DNA of 53,060 nt from Octopus bimaculoides (taxonomy: Eukaryota): positions 125,649,100 to 125,702,159 of the forward strand of contig NC_068982.1 of assembly GCF_001194135.2 (NCBI RefSeq), read 5' to 3'. The notes below the pieces were generated by a model. It was not told the DNA's origin, searched no databases, and was given only the letters and a program-made list of their open reading frames with translations. Each line of letters starts with the position of its first letter. Position 1 is the stretch's first letter. Of the stretch, positions 25,012-37,645 are shown one piece after another. A program made the translations under genes and the position numbers.

Positions 25012-25700
25012 AGGCGGCGAGCTGGCAGAAATGCTGAGCAGTATTTCGTCTGTCTTTACGTTTTGAGTTCAAATTCCGTCGAGTTCAACTTTGCCTTTCA
25101 TCCTTTCGGGGTCGATAAATTAAGTGCCACTTGCGTACTGGGGTCGATGTAATCGACTGGCCCCCTCCCCCAAAATTTCGAGCCTTGTGCCTAGAGCAGA
25201 AAAGAATATTGTGTTCTTGTTTATCATTTACCTTACATAGAATGTTTCGTATTTACAACAATTAAAAGAAGATGCTCTAATAATTTAACAACCAAAGAAT
25301 AGTAAATTAATACTGAACGTGGATACTATTTTTGAATAAAAAATATTTTTAGATTTTATCACTGGTGTTGACATGAGCGGCGAAGGAAAGCAATTGATAG
25401 AGTACCGATTAAATTTTATTTATTTATAATTCTCTCTTTTGTCTCACTCGATTAACTACATTAATCCACAACACACAATCAGGCAATTTTTCTATCAATA
25501 TTTTGGCAGAATCGTTAGCACGCCGGGCAAAATGCTAAGAGGTCTTTCGTCCGTATTTGCGTTCTGAGTTCAAATTCCTCTAAGGTTGAATTTGCCTTTT
25601 CGAGGTCGATGAAAAATAAGCACCAGTTGAGGACAAGGTCGATATAATCGACTTACTCACTTCCCCGAAATTGCTGGCCTCGTGCTAAAATTTGAAACCA
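25012..25700 (+). mobile_element. Two SINE B copies (about 25012-25208 and 25505-25700)
   Basis: ggcggcgagctggcagaa head and conserved body. Confidence 0.75.
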
Positions 25701-25767
25701 CTATTTAAAACTTTTTAGTCTTTGGACCTTACGATCCTGAGCTGGATGTCCTAACCACTAAACCACG

Positions 25768-27660
25768 CTCCTCAGCAGCTCCTGAGGCATCCCAAACAGG
25801 CAGAAGAACCGATCTACCAACACTTGCGCAACAGTCGTGGATTCTTGACCAGAGTTGGTATAGGCTTCTCACCACTTTGTAAAGTAAGTAGTCCGTGGCC
25901 ACACATATGTACCAACTTCCTCTTTAAGTGAGCGGCAAAGGTCCAGCAATATCCACTGCTACTCTTTCCATAGGTGCATCCACTTGGTATAGCTGAAGAG
26001 GGTCACACCCACGCTTCTTGGGGCCCTTCCTGGCGCAAACACCATTCTTCAGCATCTTGACGCATGTCCGTCCAGTAGAGCCTCTGTTGCAGTCGACTCA
26101 AAGTCTTCTTTACTCCCAAATGTCCACTTGTAATCAGATCACGAGTTTCTTCTCACTACTCAGTCTCATCTTTTTAGGTGTCACCAGTTGCCAATACTTG
26201 TTAAGGCTATCAGGCGTCTCCAATTGCCTCTCCAGTGGTCCGTTGTTCAGAGGAAAGAAGGTCCCCACTTCTCCAGTAGCTCTTAGTCACAGGACTGGAC
26301 TTCTTTACAAGATGGTTTCACTGCACTCTGCTGTAGACTCTCTATCACTGGTCTTACGCATACATTCTCAAAACTGCTTCTTCTTTAGTTCTCCTTCAGT
26401 CGACACGTGCTCAGTCACTGCAGTACGGTTGCATTTCTTGCTACGATCTTCCCTTCCACCATAATGCTTGCAATCCTGTTCACAAGGCCGACGACTCAAA
26501 CTGTCAGCGTTGCCATATACCCGCTCCGGACAGTGCTGTGCCTTATAGTTGTGCTGGCAAGGGATACGTTTCATTCAGAGCTCGGATCTTTTTTAAAACG
26601 GGGGCCACATTTTTCATTAACGAAACACTTTGAAACTTGGAACACTGGTAGAATGTGTCATATAAAACATATTTTTCTCTTAGTCTTCTTAAAAAAAAAA
26701 GAAATCCATAAATTATTCCATGTTAAAGTTGTCGTATTTCTGTAATTTCAACCAATCACTGACGTCCATTCAGCCGATATACATTAAGTGCCGACTACAT
26801 AAACAAACGATTCTGAAACAATTAACCCTAACCCTAACCCTAACTCTAACCCTAACCCTAACCCTAGGGTTAGGGTTAGGGTTAGGGTTAGGGTTAAAGC
26901 AAATTTAAAATGAAAAAAANNNNNNNNNNNNNNNNNNNNNNNNNNNNNNNNNNNNNNNNNNNNNNNNNNNNNNNNNNNNNNNNNNNNNNNNNNNNNNNNN
27001 NNNNNNNNNNNNNNNNNNNNNNNNNNNNNNNNNNNNNNNNNNNNNNNNNNNNNNNNNNNNNNNNNNNNNNNNNNNNNNNNNNNNNNNNNNNNNNNNNNNN
27101 NNNNNNNNNNNNNNNNNNNNNNNNNNNNNNAAATATTTTTCTGTTCTATAACACAAAATAGATAAGTATACGAAGTTTGAAAGTCTTTCGGTACCAAAAA
27201 CACTACGTAAAACATTAATGAAAAATGTGGCCCCCGTTTTAAAAAATATCCCAGAGCTCGATAATCCACACAATATTTCACTGAACCATCTTTCTTTGCA
27301 CCAAAACAACTGCTGATGCCCTGGGACTCCTCGACTTTTTCTATTACCCACTGGCATCGATAATCTTCCATCAGCTTTTTAATTTTCTGCCGCTGAGCTG
27401 ACGCCATCCCCCGAGCCAGTTGCTTGACTGCAGTGTCGATATGGTGCTCCAAAGATCCATGCAACCAAAGTTTAGGTCTCCTGCAGGAAAACACATCAGC
27501 ATAACTCGCTAGCAGCTGCCTCAACCGCAACACCTGAGCGTCATCCAAGCACAGACAATTCGGTGCAAATAGGACTTATAAATACACTGGTATACCCTGT
27601 CTTCCCCTGATTACACTCCCTCTCCAAGTCCCCAGGTGAAGCTGCTCCTGGCCCGCATGA
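25768..27660 (-). mobile_element. Internally deleted, degenerate Ty3/Gypsy pol
   Basis: RT start KKDGSVKYCVDYRALNE-TYPLP; RNase H end GNADSLSRRPC; integrase GHLGVKKTLSRLQQRLYW and PMERVAVDIAGPLP..TDY.TKW..FFCLFGMPQEL; stops and frameshifts. Confidence 0.9.
26584..27251. mobile_element. GGATC-ended foldback MITE with head-to-head telomeric repeats, inserted in Gypsy RT
   Basis: 37-bp TIR ggat(c/a)ttttttaaaacgggggccacatttttcattaa; TSD CAGAGCTC at 26576-26583 and 27252-27259; CCCTAA/TTAGGG array at about 26823-26896. Confidence 0.9.
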
Positions 27661-27833
27661 GAGAGAGAAGGCGGGGCATTAAAGAATTTTTTATATGAAT
27701 TTTACGAAAATCCGCCAAATGAATGGAGATCTAATACTCTATCCTGCCATCAAACATCGATCCTGAAGGCAAATCTTGAGAAAATTACTTGAAATATATT
27801 CAGAGGATCACTGGAAAGATCTTCACTCTAGAC

Positions 27834-28021
27834 CAGTGGTTTTCAACCGGGGTTCATATAACCCTTAATAGGCCATATAAGGTTTTGTTGGTAAAGATTA
27901 TGTGCAATAAATAGTTCATATTTCTACAACAGACAAAATATTTTAACATTTTTTAAACAATTCCTAATAACATTTAATTATAAAAATATAATAGGATTTT
28001 AAAAAACAGCGAATGGCTATA
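27834..28021. mobile_element. Truncated hAT MITE, same family as 24533, inverted
   Basis: ctctagac|cagtggttttcaacc, plus internal gaatggctat. Confidence 0.65.
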
Positions 28022-28199
28022 GACTTAAACAACTTACCCCTACCCTCTGCAGATTGTCTACACACGGTAACATTACTAACAAAATACAATTTACGCAAAT
28101 GGACCACGCTTGGACACTCTATTTTTTGTAGATACTAAGAAGGAATGTTTGGACAAAAGGTACCGGTTTACGCACCTACCCCGCAAAAAAGAATTAATA

Positions 28200-28830
28200 A
28201 TGGCCTCTGATTTAGGTACCAAGCGAACAATTTTGGGGGTAAGGTGTTAATCAATTCCATTGACGCCAGTGCTTCACTCGTACTCTAATTCATCGATTCT
28301 AAAAGAATGAAAAGCAAAGTTGTCCTCGGTAGAATTGAATTCAGAAAATAAGGGACTTGAACAAATACCGCAAGTATTTTCCCATCCTCGTAAATAATGG
28401 TTTTAATTTTTGGCACCAGGCCAGCAAGTTCGAGGGAGGGAGTAAGTCGATTGCATCGATCCCAGTGTTCATTTATCGACTCGGAAGGGATGAAAAGGAA
28501 AGTCGACCTCGATGGAATTTGAATTCAGAATATGAAGACGGACGAAAAGCCGCGAAGCATTTTGCCCGGCGTGCAAATGATTCTGCCAGCTCGCCGTCTT
28601 CCATGCCCTTAAAAAATGATTTCAAATTTTAGCACAAGGCCAGCAGTTTCGGGGGAGGGAGTAAGTCAATTACATTGTCCCAGTGCTCAAATGGTACTTA
28701 ATTTATCGACCCCGTAAGGATGAACTGTTAAGTCGACCTCAGCGGAATTTGAACTCAGAACGTAAAGACGGACGAAATGCCGATAAGCATGCTACCCGGC
28801 GTGCTAACGATTCTGCCTCGCTGTCTTCCA
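28200..28830 (-). mobile_element. Three tandem SINE B copies
   Basis: Units of about 200-220 bp; copies 2 and 3 share the flank gtcttccatg..cttaaa. Confidence 0.75.
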
Positions 28831-29413
28831 TGTTCTTAAACAATGGAGAAATATAAGTTCCTACCCGGAACAAAGCAGCTAAAGAATGAAAAGTCTATAA
28901 ATATATAAATAAATAAATAAAAATTGAAAAACGTTGTTTTGAAATTTAAATGACGTTCTCGAATTTTCAGAATTGTATTTGTCTAGGAAGTAATTTAATC
29001 TGAAAGTTACAGTAGAACTGCATTAGAACAGTTTTGAGTATTTTCACGTGTTTGGAATGGCTTTACTATGTTATAACTGCTGCATATCAAATCACTTGCT
29101 CGACTAGAACAGCTCCAAAATGCCGAAAGCTCCATCAACCAGGTTATAGAAGCCTCACGGAATGATGTCATATGTTGCCTAGAAAAATAACTTCGCAACA
29201 GTTTTATTGCATCTGAGTCAAAATGGAAATATAACACATAAATGCATGTAGAAGAGAGAGGAAGAGAGAAACACAGAAAGACAGACAGAGACAAGAGAGA
29301 GAGAGAGAGAGGTGAGTGGAGGAGAGAGACAAATAGAGGGAGAGAGAGAAACTTACACCGAGAGAAAGAATGAGAGAGAGGATAGGAAAAAGAAAGTAAA
29401 CAATATTTTTTTA

Positions 29414-29593
29414 TCTTTTACTTGTTTCACGCATTGGAATGCGGCCGTGCTGGGGCACTTCCTTGAAGGGTCTAGTCTTTATAAAGTTTGGTAGTTATTC
29501 TGCCGGTCTCTATTGTCGAACCGCTAAGTTAGGGGATGCAAGCAAGCCAACAGTGATTGACAAGCGGTGGTGACGCTCAATGCATGAACGAGG

Positions 29594-29626
<33 letters not shown>

Positions 29627-29785
29627 ACGGGCTTCTTTCAGTTTCCGTCTACCAAATACACTCACAGGGCTTTGATAAACCCGAGACTATAGAATAAGCT
29701 CCTTGTCCAAAATGCCATGCAGTGGATCTGAACCCGGAAACATGTGGCTGGAAAGTAAACTTCTTACTACACAGTCTCACCTGCG
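29414..29785 (-). mobile_element. Degenerate SINE family A
   Basis: tcttttacttgtttca...gacgggcttctttcagtttccgtctacc. Confidence 0.75.
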
Positions 29786-29934
29786 CCATTAAAATTATCA
29801 CATCCAAAGCAAAAATATAAAGCCAAAGGCGATAGTATCTCACAGCTCTCCCCAGTAACACAAACCCCAAATCAGGTCCCAAACATTCTCAAAATCACTC
29901 GGTGTGAAAAAATACAGCAATATTAAGGCAGTGC

Positions 29935-30392
29935 AAATTCCGACGAGGTCGATAAAATAAGTACCAGTTGAATACTGAGGTCGATGTAATCGACTTACTT
30001 CCTCATCCGAAATTGCTGGGCTTATGCCGAAATTTGAAATCAATGGCACCTTGGGCAAGTGTCTTCTACTATAATCTCGAGCCGACCAAAGCCTTGTGAG
30101 TGGATTTGGTAGACGGAAACTGATAGAAGCCCGTCGTATATATGTATATATATATATGTATGTGTGTGTATATGTTTGTGTCGGTGTTTGTCCCCCCAAC
30201 ATCGCTTGACAACCGATGCTGGTGTGTTTACGTCCCCGTAACTTAGCGGTTCGGCAAAAGAGATCGATAGAATAAGTACTAGGCTTCCAAAGAATAAGTC
30301 CTGGAGTCGATTTGCTCGACTAAAAAGGCGGTGCCCCAGCATGGCCGCAGTCAAATGACTGAAACAAGTAAAAGAGTAAAGAGTAAAGAGTA
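29935..30392 (+). mobile_element. SINE B 3' part followed by 5'-truncated SINE A
   Basis: SINE A starts at ggcaccttgggcaag near 30045; tail (aagagta)n. Confidence 0.8.
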
Positions 30393-30690
30393 TGTTTTTG
30401 CAAGGATAGCTCCTCAATAATAGCGAGACCAATAACTGGAACAATTTTGTGGTCTCGTAGGCGAATGTCGCTCATGATTATGGTGGTGAGGGGTGATGAT
30501 ATGACTTATGTTTGTGTTCCCTTGCTATTGAAAGATACAAGATTAGCACAACCATGCTGGGGGTTATTTTTCGAGGCCTCTATTCCTGGAGTAAATGTTC
30601 GTGAACGGTGTCATCTGTATAAGAGTAGTTGTTATTGGATATGCTGGTAAGTCATGTTTATATGTATGCCAATTGTTACACGTATATACT

Positions 30691-30817
<127 letters not shown>

Positions 30818-31256
30818 GTATCTGACAAGTGCATTTATGTGTCTAGACGTACAAATAACCGACTACGGTCACCTTACTTTCTTCTTATTCTTTATCAGTT
30901 TTCTTTTTCTATTCCTCTTTCTTTCTTCTTCCCCCCCACCCAAATTAAACCTTTATTACTCATATTTATCTAGCCTAAGCGACATACATTCCAGCTTTCA
31001 GTGCCCCGGTTACCCATCATTGAACCCACATATACATTAATAAGATTATAATCTACTGCAACGACTACAATAATTTGAGTGTGCTGTTAAGGAAATGAAG
31101 CCACACCCCTATCTAACTCACTAAGGTAATCAGTGGTTAGGGCACGCCATTAGATTTTTTTAGAAATTCCTGCCTCCACGCATACTCTTTCATTCTTTCT
31201 GGTGACCCCGGCTTTCTTTTGCATTCCCTGTTACGGCGGACTGTTTTCAACTAAAC

Positions 31257-31361
31257 AGTCGTATATACCTGATGAGGAGGTTCACTGAACGGCTACAAGA
31301 CATTCGTAATGTTATGTTAGATGCATCCGATGTGCATTTGAAACAACTGTAGTACTCGACT
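31257..31361 (+). ncRNA. Type I hammerhead ribozyme candidate, probably decayed, in a PLE-like pseudo-LTR
   Basis: CTGATGA 31269-31275, GAAA 31340-31343, ACAACTGT-A, stem I agtcg..tac / gta..cgact. Confidence 0.55.
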
Positions 31362-31522
31362 ACCTATCCCATCTCTGATTTACAGATTATATATATANNN
31401 NNNNNNNNNNNNNNNNNNNNNNNNNNNNNNNNNNNNNNNNNNNNNNNNNNNNNNNNNNNNNNNNNNNNNNNNNNNNNNNNNNNNNNNNNNNNNNNNNNNN
31501 NNATATATATATATATACATAC

Positions 31523-31554
<32 letters not shown>

Positions 31555-32674
31555 GGAGAGGTTATGAGTGATAGTGGTGTCAATTAGACCCAGAGGTTTC
31601 AGGTAATGCTGAGTAAGTGCTATGGATAGACCATAGTTAAGCTCCAGGTTCGGTGATTATACGAATAAGGGGTCCAACGTAGGCCATATATCAGCGTGTG
31701 AATATAAGGATTTATCTCATTACGAAAAATAAATCGTTATATATATATATATATATATAAAGAGAGAGAGAGTGAAAGAGAGAGGGGGGACAGATGAAAT
31801 CCAGAGATTTGCATAATAGAAAACACTTTATTTATGCTTCATATACGGTCTTTGCTTTCTCTCTATTTACATGTATATATATTTTGTATATCAACCCAAC
31901 CAGTTTTATTTGGTTATTTGCATCATTGTCTCCCCACCTCTTTCTCCCTTTTTCTCTCTTTCTCTTTCTCTCTCTCTCTATTTATACACACACACATACA
32001 CACATACACACGCACATAGACATACACTCACACTCACCACACACAAACGCACATACACACATATATTTATACGTACATGCACATATATCGACAGAAATGC
32101 CATCAACTTATCAAATACATACCAATATCGCCAGTCCCATCACTAACACATTGGCAATTACATCACTAGCACCACCTTTACAACCATCATTCGCACTAAA
32201 ATTGACATTCACCATCGTCATTTTACACATCTCCTTAGCTCGCGCGCCTGCTGCTTTGATCTTACTATTTAATGGTTTGGGGTAGTAATTGCGGGCAGTA
32301 AGAAGGGTAGTTGTAGCAGCAGTGGCAGTAATAGCTGTGATGATTGTAATGTTCATGTTAGCTATCGGTGGGTTGAGGCAAGGGTAATTGAGCAGTGATT
32401 CTGGGAAAGTGAATTTGATAATGTCTTTACTATTGCTTGTTGTTGTGATAGCCGTAGCTTTGGTGGTTATCGTGGCAGAGGAAAAGAGTGTGCGAGGTGA
32501 GAATTGAACATGATTTACGTGGAAATTTTGCTAAGTGCAATGGTTTGATAATATTGGCTATGATTATAACAAACGGCTACGTCCAGCATGTTTGCATGTG
32601 TTTATAAATGCACACACTCATATACATACATACATACATACATACATACATACATACATACACACATACATACA

Positions 32675-33556
32675 TGCAAATCACTATACGTCCCACCAAC
32701 AGAAGAAAGTAAAGAAGGAGATAGAAATGATGTTTGGAGACAGCAAAAGGAGGACACTCACTTGCAAACTGATTACCCTCAAGCAGGAGCTAAAAGCTGT
32801 CTGTGAAAAGCTCTGACATCAGAAGAGAATAACCGAGAGAAGAACAATAGACAAAAAATTTAACCGGAACCAGGCAGCCGTATACAGAGTGTGACAGCCG
32901 ATGCAGACTTGGTGGAGTTCACACTGAAGATATCACACATCATAAGCAGTTGTTCGAAAATGTCATCACGGGATTATCTATCGATGAGACATGACGTTTT
33001 AGCTAGGACACTATAATGAAATCCGTCGGAAGGATAATCCGTCGGACAAAGAAATATGGTAGATGTCATAGCCACTCATAATAAAAAGGAATACTGATGG
33101 AATGTACCAGTGAAGACCTTAATAAAATGTAAGCACAACAGATCTGATATAATGGTTTGGGATAGAGAAGAGAAACTGTGTACAGTTGTGGAAATTAGCT
33201 GTCCAGCGGATGTTGACATAATGCTGAAGATCAGTGAAAAAGAAAACACCTATGCTGAACTATTGAGAAATCTGCAGTTACTCTATCCAGATTACAAGTT
33301 AAGGTTTATACCTGTAATTATTGGAGCCCTGGGATATGAACACACTGCCTAAATACCAATCTTGAGAAATTAGGCTTCTCAAAACCAGAAAGGAGAAAGC
33401 TAATTCGAAAACTACAGATCCAAGCCATCATTGGAACTGTAAAAATCTGTAAAACTTTCCAGAAGTTTATCATTTAAAATATAAATGAGCATGTCTAGAT
33501 ATGCAACTATATGTATGAGAATACATATATAAAACAAAACATACAAATCTGCACAC
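32675..33556 (+). mobile_element. Internally deleted R4-type RLE retrotransposon flanked by (CATA)n
   Basis: N-terminal part (KLITLKQELKA...KFNRNQAAVYR) fused near 32890 to CRL..EDITHIISSC..RHD, then RLE HNRSDIMVWD...VVEISCP...PVIIGALG. Confidence 0.8.
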
Positions 33557-34500
33557 ATACATACATACATACATACATACATACATACATACATACATAC
33601 ATACATACATACAAACTCAGACNNNNNNNNNNNNNNNNNNNNNNNNNNNNNNNNNNNNNNNNNNNNNNNNNNNNNNNNNNNNNNNNNNNNNNNNNNNNNN
33701 NNNNNNNNNNNNNNNNNNNNNNNNNNNNNNNNNNNNNTATATATATAAATACACATACACATATATATATATATATATAAATATACGTACATGCATGCAT
33801 ACATACATACATACATACATACATACATACATACATACATACATACATACATACATACATACATACAAACTCAGACTTTCTGTTCAACTACATAACTTTG
33901 TAATGGTCTCGAGATAGCCATCATGAATTAATAATGTTGTTGACATTTTCACGACCGAACAAGTTGAGTTATTTCTCGAAAATTATGAGAAATTGCTAGA
34001 CTCCTTGGTACATTTATCCTATTATATTATCAAAACCAGTAACATTTTCCACAAACCATTGCTTCAATTATAGTATTAAGATATATTTTCCCTTGGCGAA
34101 TTATTACTATATTGATTCAACCATCATTCTGTGTTAGATCAAGACTTGTTCTTTGTAAAATAGTCTCATGTAAAAACAGTTTACTGTAATGTTTAGTACG
34201 ACAAATTTCTTTATCGCAATATTAGGATAAGTATCAACGTTTTGGCTTTTAGTTGTTTGACAAGTGAGGCAGCTTACAGAACTGCAAACTGGCGTGGTTT
34301 CGCACTCCTTTCCATCATTAGCAAGATTTTCAATAGAGCTCTTCCCCAATTGATTAATATAGCAGCCTTTGGAAGATACTGAGGTCTTATTGGAATCTTG
34401 GTTAAAATGGTCTTCCTAATTAGGCCTGCTCTGTAACTATTTCGAATGTAGCGTGTTCATTCACAAATAGCACTGTTTGAATAGTCTTCAGTAGTATTTA

Positions 34501-34818
34501 GTTGTTGGCACTCCGTCGATTACAACGACGCGGGTTCCAGTTGATCCGATCAACGGAACAGCCTGCTCGTGAAATTAACGCGCAAGTGGCTAAGCACTCC
34601 ACAGACACGTGTACCCTTAACGTAGTTCTCGGGGATATTCAGCGTGACACAGTGTGACAAGGCTGACTCTTTGAATTACAGGCACAACAGAAACAGGAAG
34701 TAAGAGTGAGAGAAAGTTGTGGTGAAAGAGTACAGCAGGGTTCACCACCATCCCCTGTCGGAGCCTCGTAGAGCTTTAGGTGTTTTCACTCAATAAGCTC
34801 TCACAACGCCCTGTCTGG
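34501..34818 (-). mobile_element. 5'-truncated SINE family C
   Basis: Reverse complement of the 19020-19404 body. Confidence 0.85.
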
Positions 34819-35207
34819 CCATTGGTGAGGAGATCCTTGAATTTAAGTAGTTTAAGTCTAAAAACCCTTGCAATGACATCAGGCCTATTATGGGCTTGTT
34901 GACCGGGTAGAAGACTCACTTGTATTTCATTCCACCTAGCATTGCAAGTGAAGGTAATGAAAAGGTCGGGCCCACCGTAGTGCCGAACGTAAATCATGTC
35001 ATCTTGTGTACGTTCGTGCATATATCGAGGACTACCAGTAAAGAAAAATGGAAATATGCACAATTGGCCTATCCTTCCAGGGGCAACATCGTTATTGATG
35101 CTATCTCTGAGATGGATGTACTTTTCAGCCTGTAGCTTAGCCTGATTGAACCGTATGTATTGTAAGCGCTGAGACTCAATCTTAACAACATTGTATACGG
35201 CATGATG
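34819..35207 (-). mobile_element. Helitron Rep domain fragment
   Basis: KIESQRLQYIRFNQAKLQAEKYIHLRD...TGSPRYMHERTQD..YVRHYGGPDLFITFTCN..W.EI...RPDVIARVF. Confidence 0.9.
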
Positions 35208-36570
35208 CTGAAAAAGAAAAAGAAAAAAAACAGAGTGAACACTGAGCCGCTAAAAGTAACGTATAGGAGTTATGGATGGAAGATAGAAGAAAAGTAGATA
35301 CAAATAACAAACCAGACAACAGCTAATACAATGAGACGTGGAAAAGTAAGGATTCTTATATGGCAAAGTAATAGTTGTAGTAACTGGTAAGAAACCAAGT
35401 TAAAGGGGAAGCTTTAAAGCAGAATGTCGGTGCGAGATTTTTGATAAATTTTATAGGTAGCACAGAGTAACTTAAGGAGACACTAAGGATATATGGAGGA
35501 CAGGGGTAGCAATAACGAAAAACAACACAAACGAAAACAAACGGCAAGTGGTAATAAGTAGTAAAACGTCACTAAGGCTAGGGGAAACGGGTAACAATAA
35601 TGATAATCAAAAATTCAACAGTAGAATAATCTGTGCAAAAAAAGCAAACCGAAACGTAGGACAGGGAGTACTGAGGTAGAACACAGCACGGAGGTCCGAA
35701 GCGTAAGTGAAGCGTTCGTATAAAAAACGTTGAAGTAATGGGACCAGGACTCAAAAGAGTACATGCTATTGGCTAAAAGCCAACCAATAGGAGGAGCAAA
35801 ACTGTTCAATTGAACGTGAAACAGGTGAGTCATGCGCGGGNNNNNNNNNNNNNNNNNNNNNNNNNNNNNNNNNNNNNNNNNNNNNNNNNNNNNNNNNNNN
35901 NNNNNNNNNNNNNNNNNNNNNNNNNNNNNNNNNNNNNNNNNGGGGGGGGGGGGGGTAGGTAATTGTGGGAGCAATTGGTGAGAAGTATGGTAATTTGTGA
36001 TAATCACTGGCAGTGAGTACGTTCTGGTGTAAAATGGCACCTAATACGTAACCGCCAACAGTGAGTTTCTTTGGGGGTGAGGGTCAGTGTCGATTGTAAA
36101 GGGCAGGAGACAGAAATTATGTGATTTGTAATAATCACTGATAAGGAGTATGCCTCGGTTTCACCTAACGCTAGGGTGAAATTAAGGTGGGGAAGGAAGG
36201 AGCCCCGAGTCTACTTCAGTAAGTAGTGTGAAGGGGGGGGGGAGTGTGGTTCGCACAATGTCACCAATGCAGCGCGGTGCTAATTGATGGGTGGAAGAAT
36301 AAAAAGTGTGAAAACTAGTGCGTTGAAAGCCTTCCCGAAAACTTGATTAAAGCAAATTTGAAGTTGATGAAAGAAAACTCTTAGGGCATTCCACCAGAGG
36401 GTGGTATGGCGGGTCTTATATTGTGTGATTGCTAACGTCGTTAACAAGCGTTGCCTTTTGACAAGATCAGTGAATGTATCCGACCGTCTTCAAGACAAGC
36501 ATATTTGACTGTTGCAGAAGCAACTGCGGTTGTTTTTTTAGTAAACAGCATATTATGGCGAACCAATATG

Positions 36571-36830
36571 GGCAACGCCGGGTGCACCTACTAGGGATTG
36601 AGCTGGATCAGCTCTCTTTTTTTGTCTAGTCGTGTAGCCTAAATGTTATTCCTCCTGCCGTTTACCCGATATTTTTTCGAAATCAATTTATACTTAAAAC
36701 CTTCCCCAAACACATATGCAATGTGCGTCTGAAGTTTCAGAGAAATCGGTCGAGAGCCGTTTTGGCGCAAAACAAGGACATACCGATACACACAGATAGA
36801 CAAAGACATTTTCAGCTTTAATATGTAAGC
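36571..36830. mobile_element. Helitron termini: plus-strand 3' end (36571-36594) and a minus-strand mini-element (about 36628-36830)
   Basis: ggcaacgccggg...CTAG; aaatcggtcgag..acagatagacaaagacattttcagcttta resembles a reversed Helitron 5' end. Confidence 0.5.
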
Positions 36831-37164
36831 TATATCATAAAATAGAAAAGAAAGGAAAAAAAAAAAGAAATACATGGTGAATCAATTCCCTCAAGTGATT
36901 TCCTGTCACCAATTTCGTATATAGTAAAATATTTTGTCATATTTATAGACTTGTAAAAAAGAAAAGATCATTCACGGTATTTAAACATGAGCTACTAATA
37001 CTTTCATGTTCTGGAAACAATAATTCGGCTGATTTATATATCATACACTGTGTCTTCAAGCAATCCTTCAGGCTCAAAGGATTGCTTACAGACACCAGAA
37101 CTACATGGGTTGGGTTTCCTCAGAATGATACTATTAGTAACTCGTAATTAATATATTGGGTATA

Positions 37165-37645
37165 TCTGTTTCGAATTTTGGCACAGAGCCAGCAAGTTCG
37201 GGAGAAAAGGTAAGTCGATTACATCTACTCCAGTGCTCAGCTTGTATTTATTTTATCGACCCCGCAAGGATGAAAGGCGAAGAACCTCAGCGGAATTTGA
37301 ACTCAGGATGTAAAGACGGACGAAATGTCGCTAAGCATTTTGCCCGTCATGCAAGCAATTCTGCTTGTTCGCTGCCTTAGATGCTGCGTATATTAAATTA
37401 TGTGAAGGCACATGACCTAGTGGTTAGGCAGCTAGATCGTGGATTCGATTCTCAGACCAGGCGACGTGTTGTGTTCTTGAACAAAACACTTCATTTAATG
37501 TTGCTCCAGTAACCCTTGAGATAAGGGGTAGAATGTTGACCTTCTAGCCTAGCCAGCGGGATGATATCATTCGAGAGCTAAAACGATGCAAATTACATTG
37601 TGACCAGCTATGTGTAACAACGTCTCATAGTCTGGAATGTTACGT
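37165..37645. mobile_element. SINE B (minus, about 37165-37380) and SINE D (plus, about 37405-37645) immediately upstream of tetraspanin 2
   Basis: Family motifs; the D copy resembles 44975-45260. Confidence 0.65.

Noticed and set aside
26823-26896. Chromosome end-to-end fusion site or true telomere
   Set aside because: The array lies inside a TIR/TSD-bounded element present in several copies
31630-31705. Minus-strand hammerhead
   Set aside because: Both core motifs are mutated (ctgatata, gaacc); at most a dead relic
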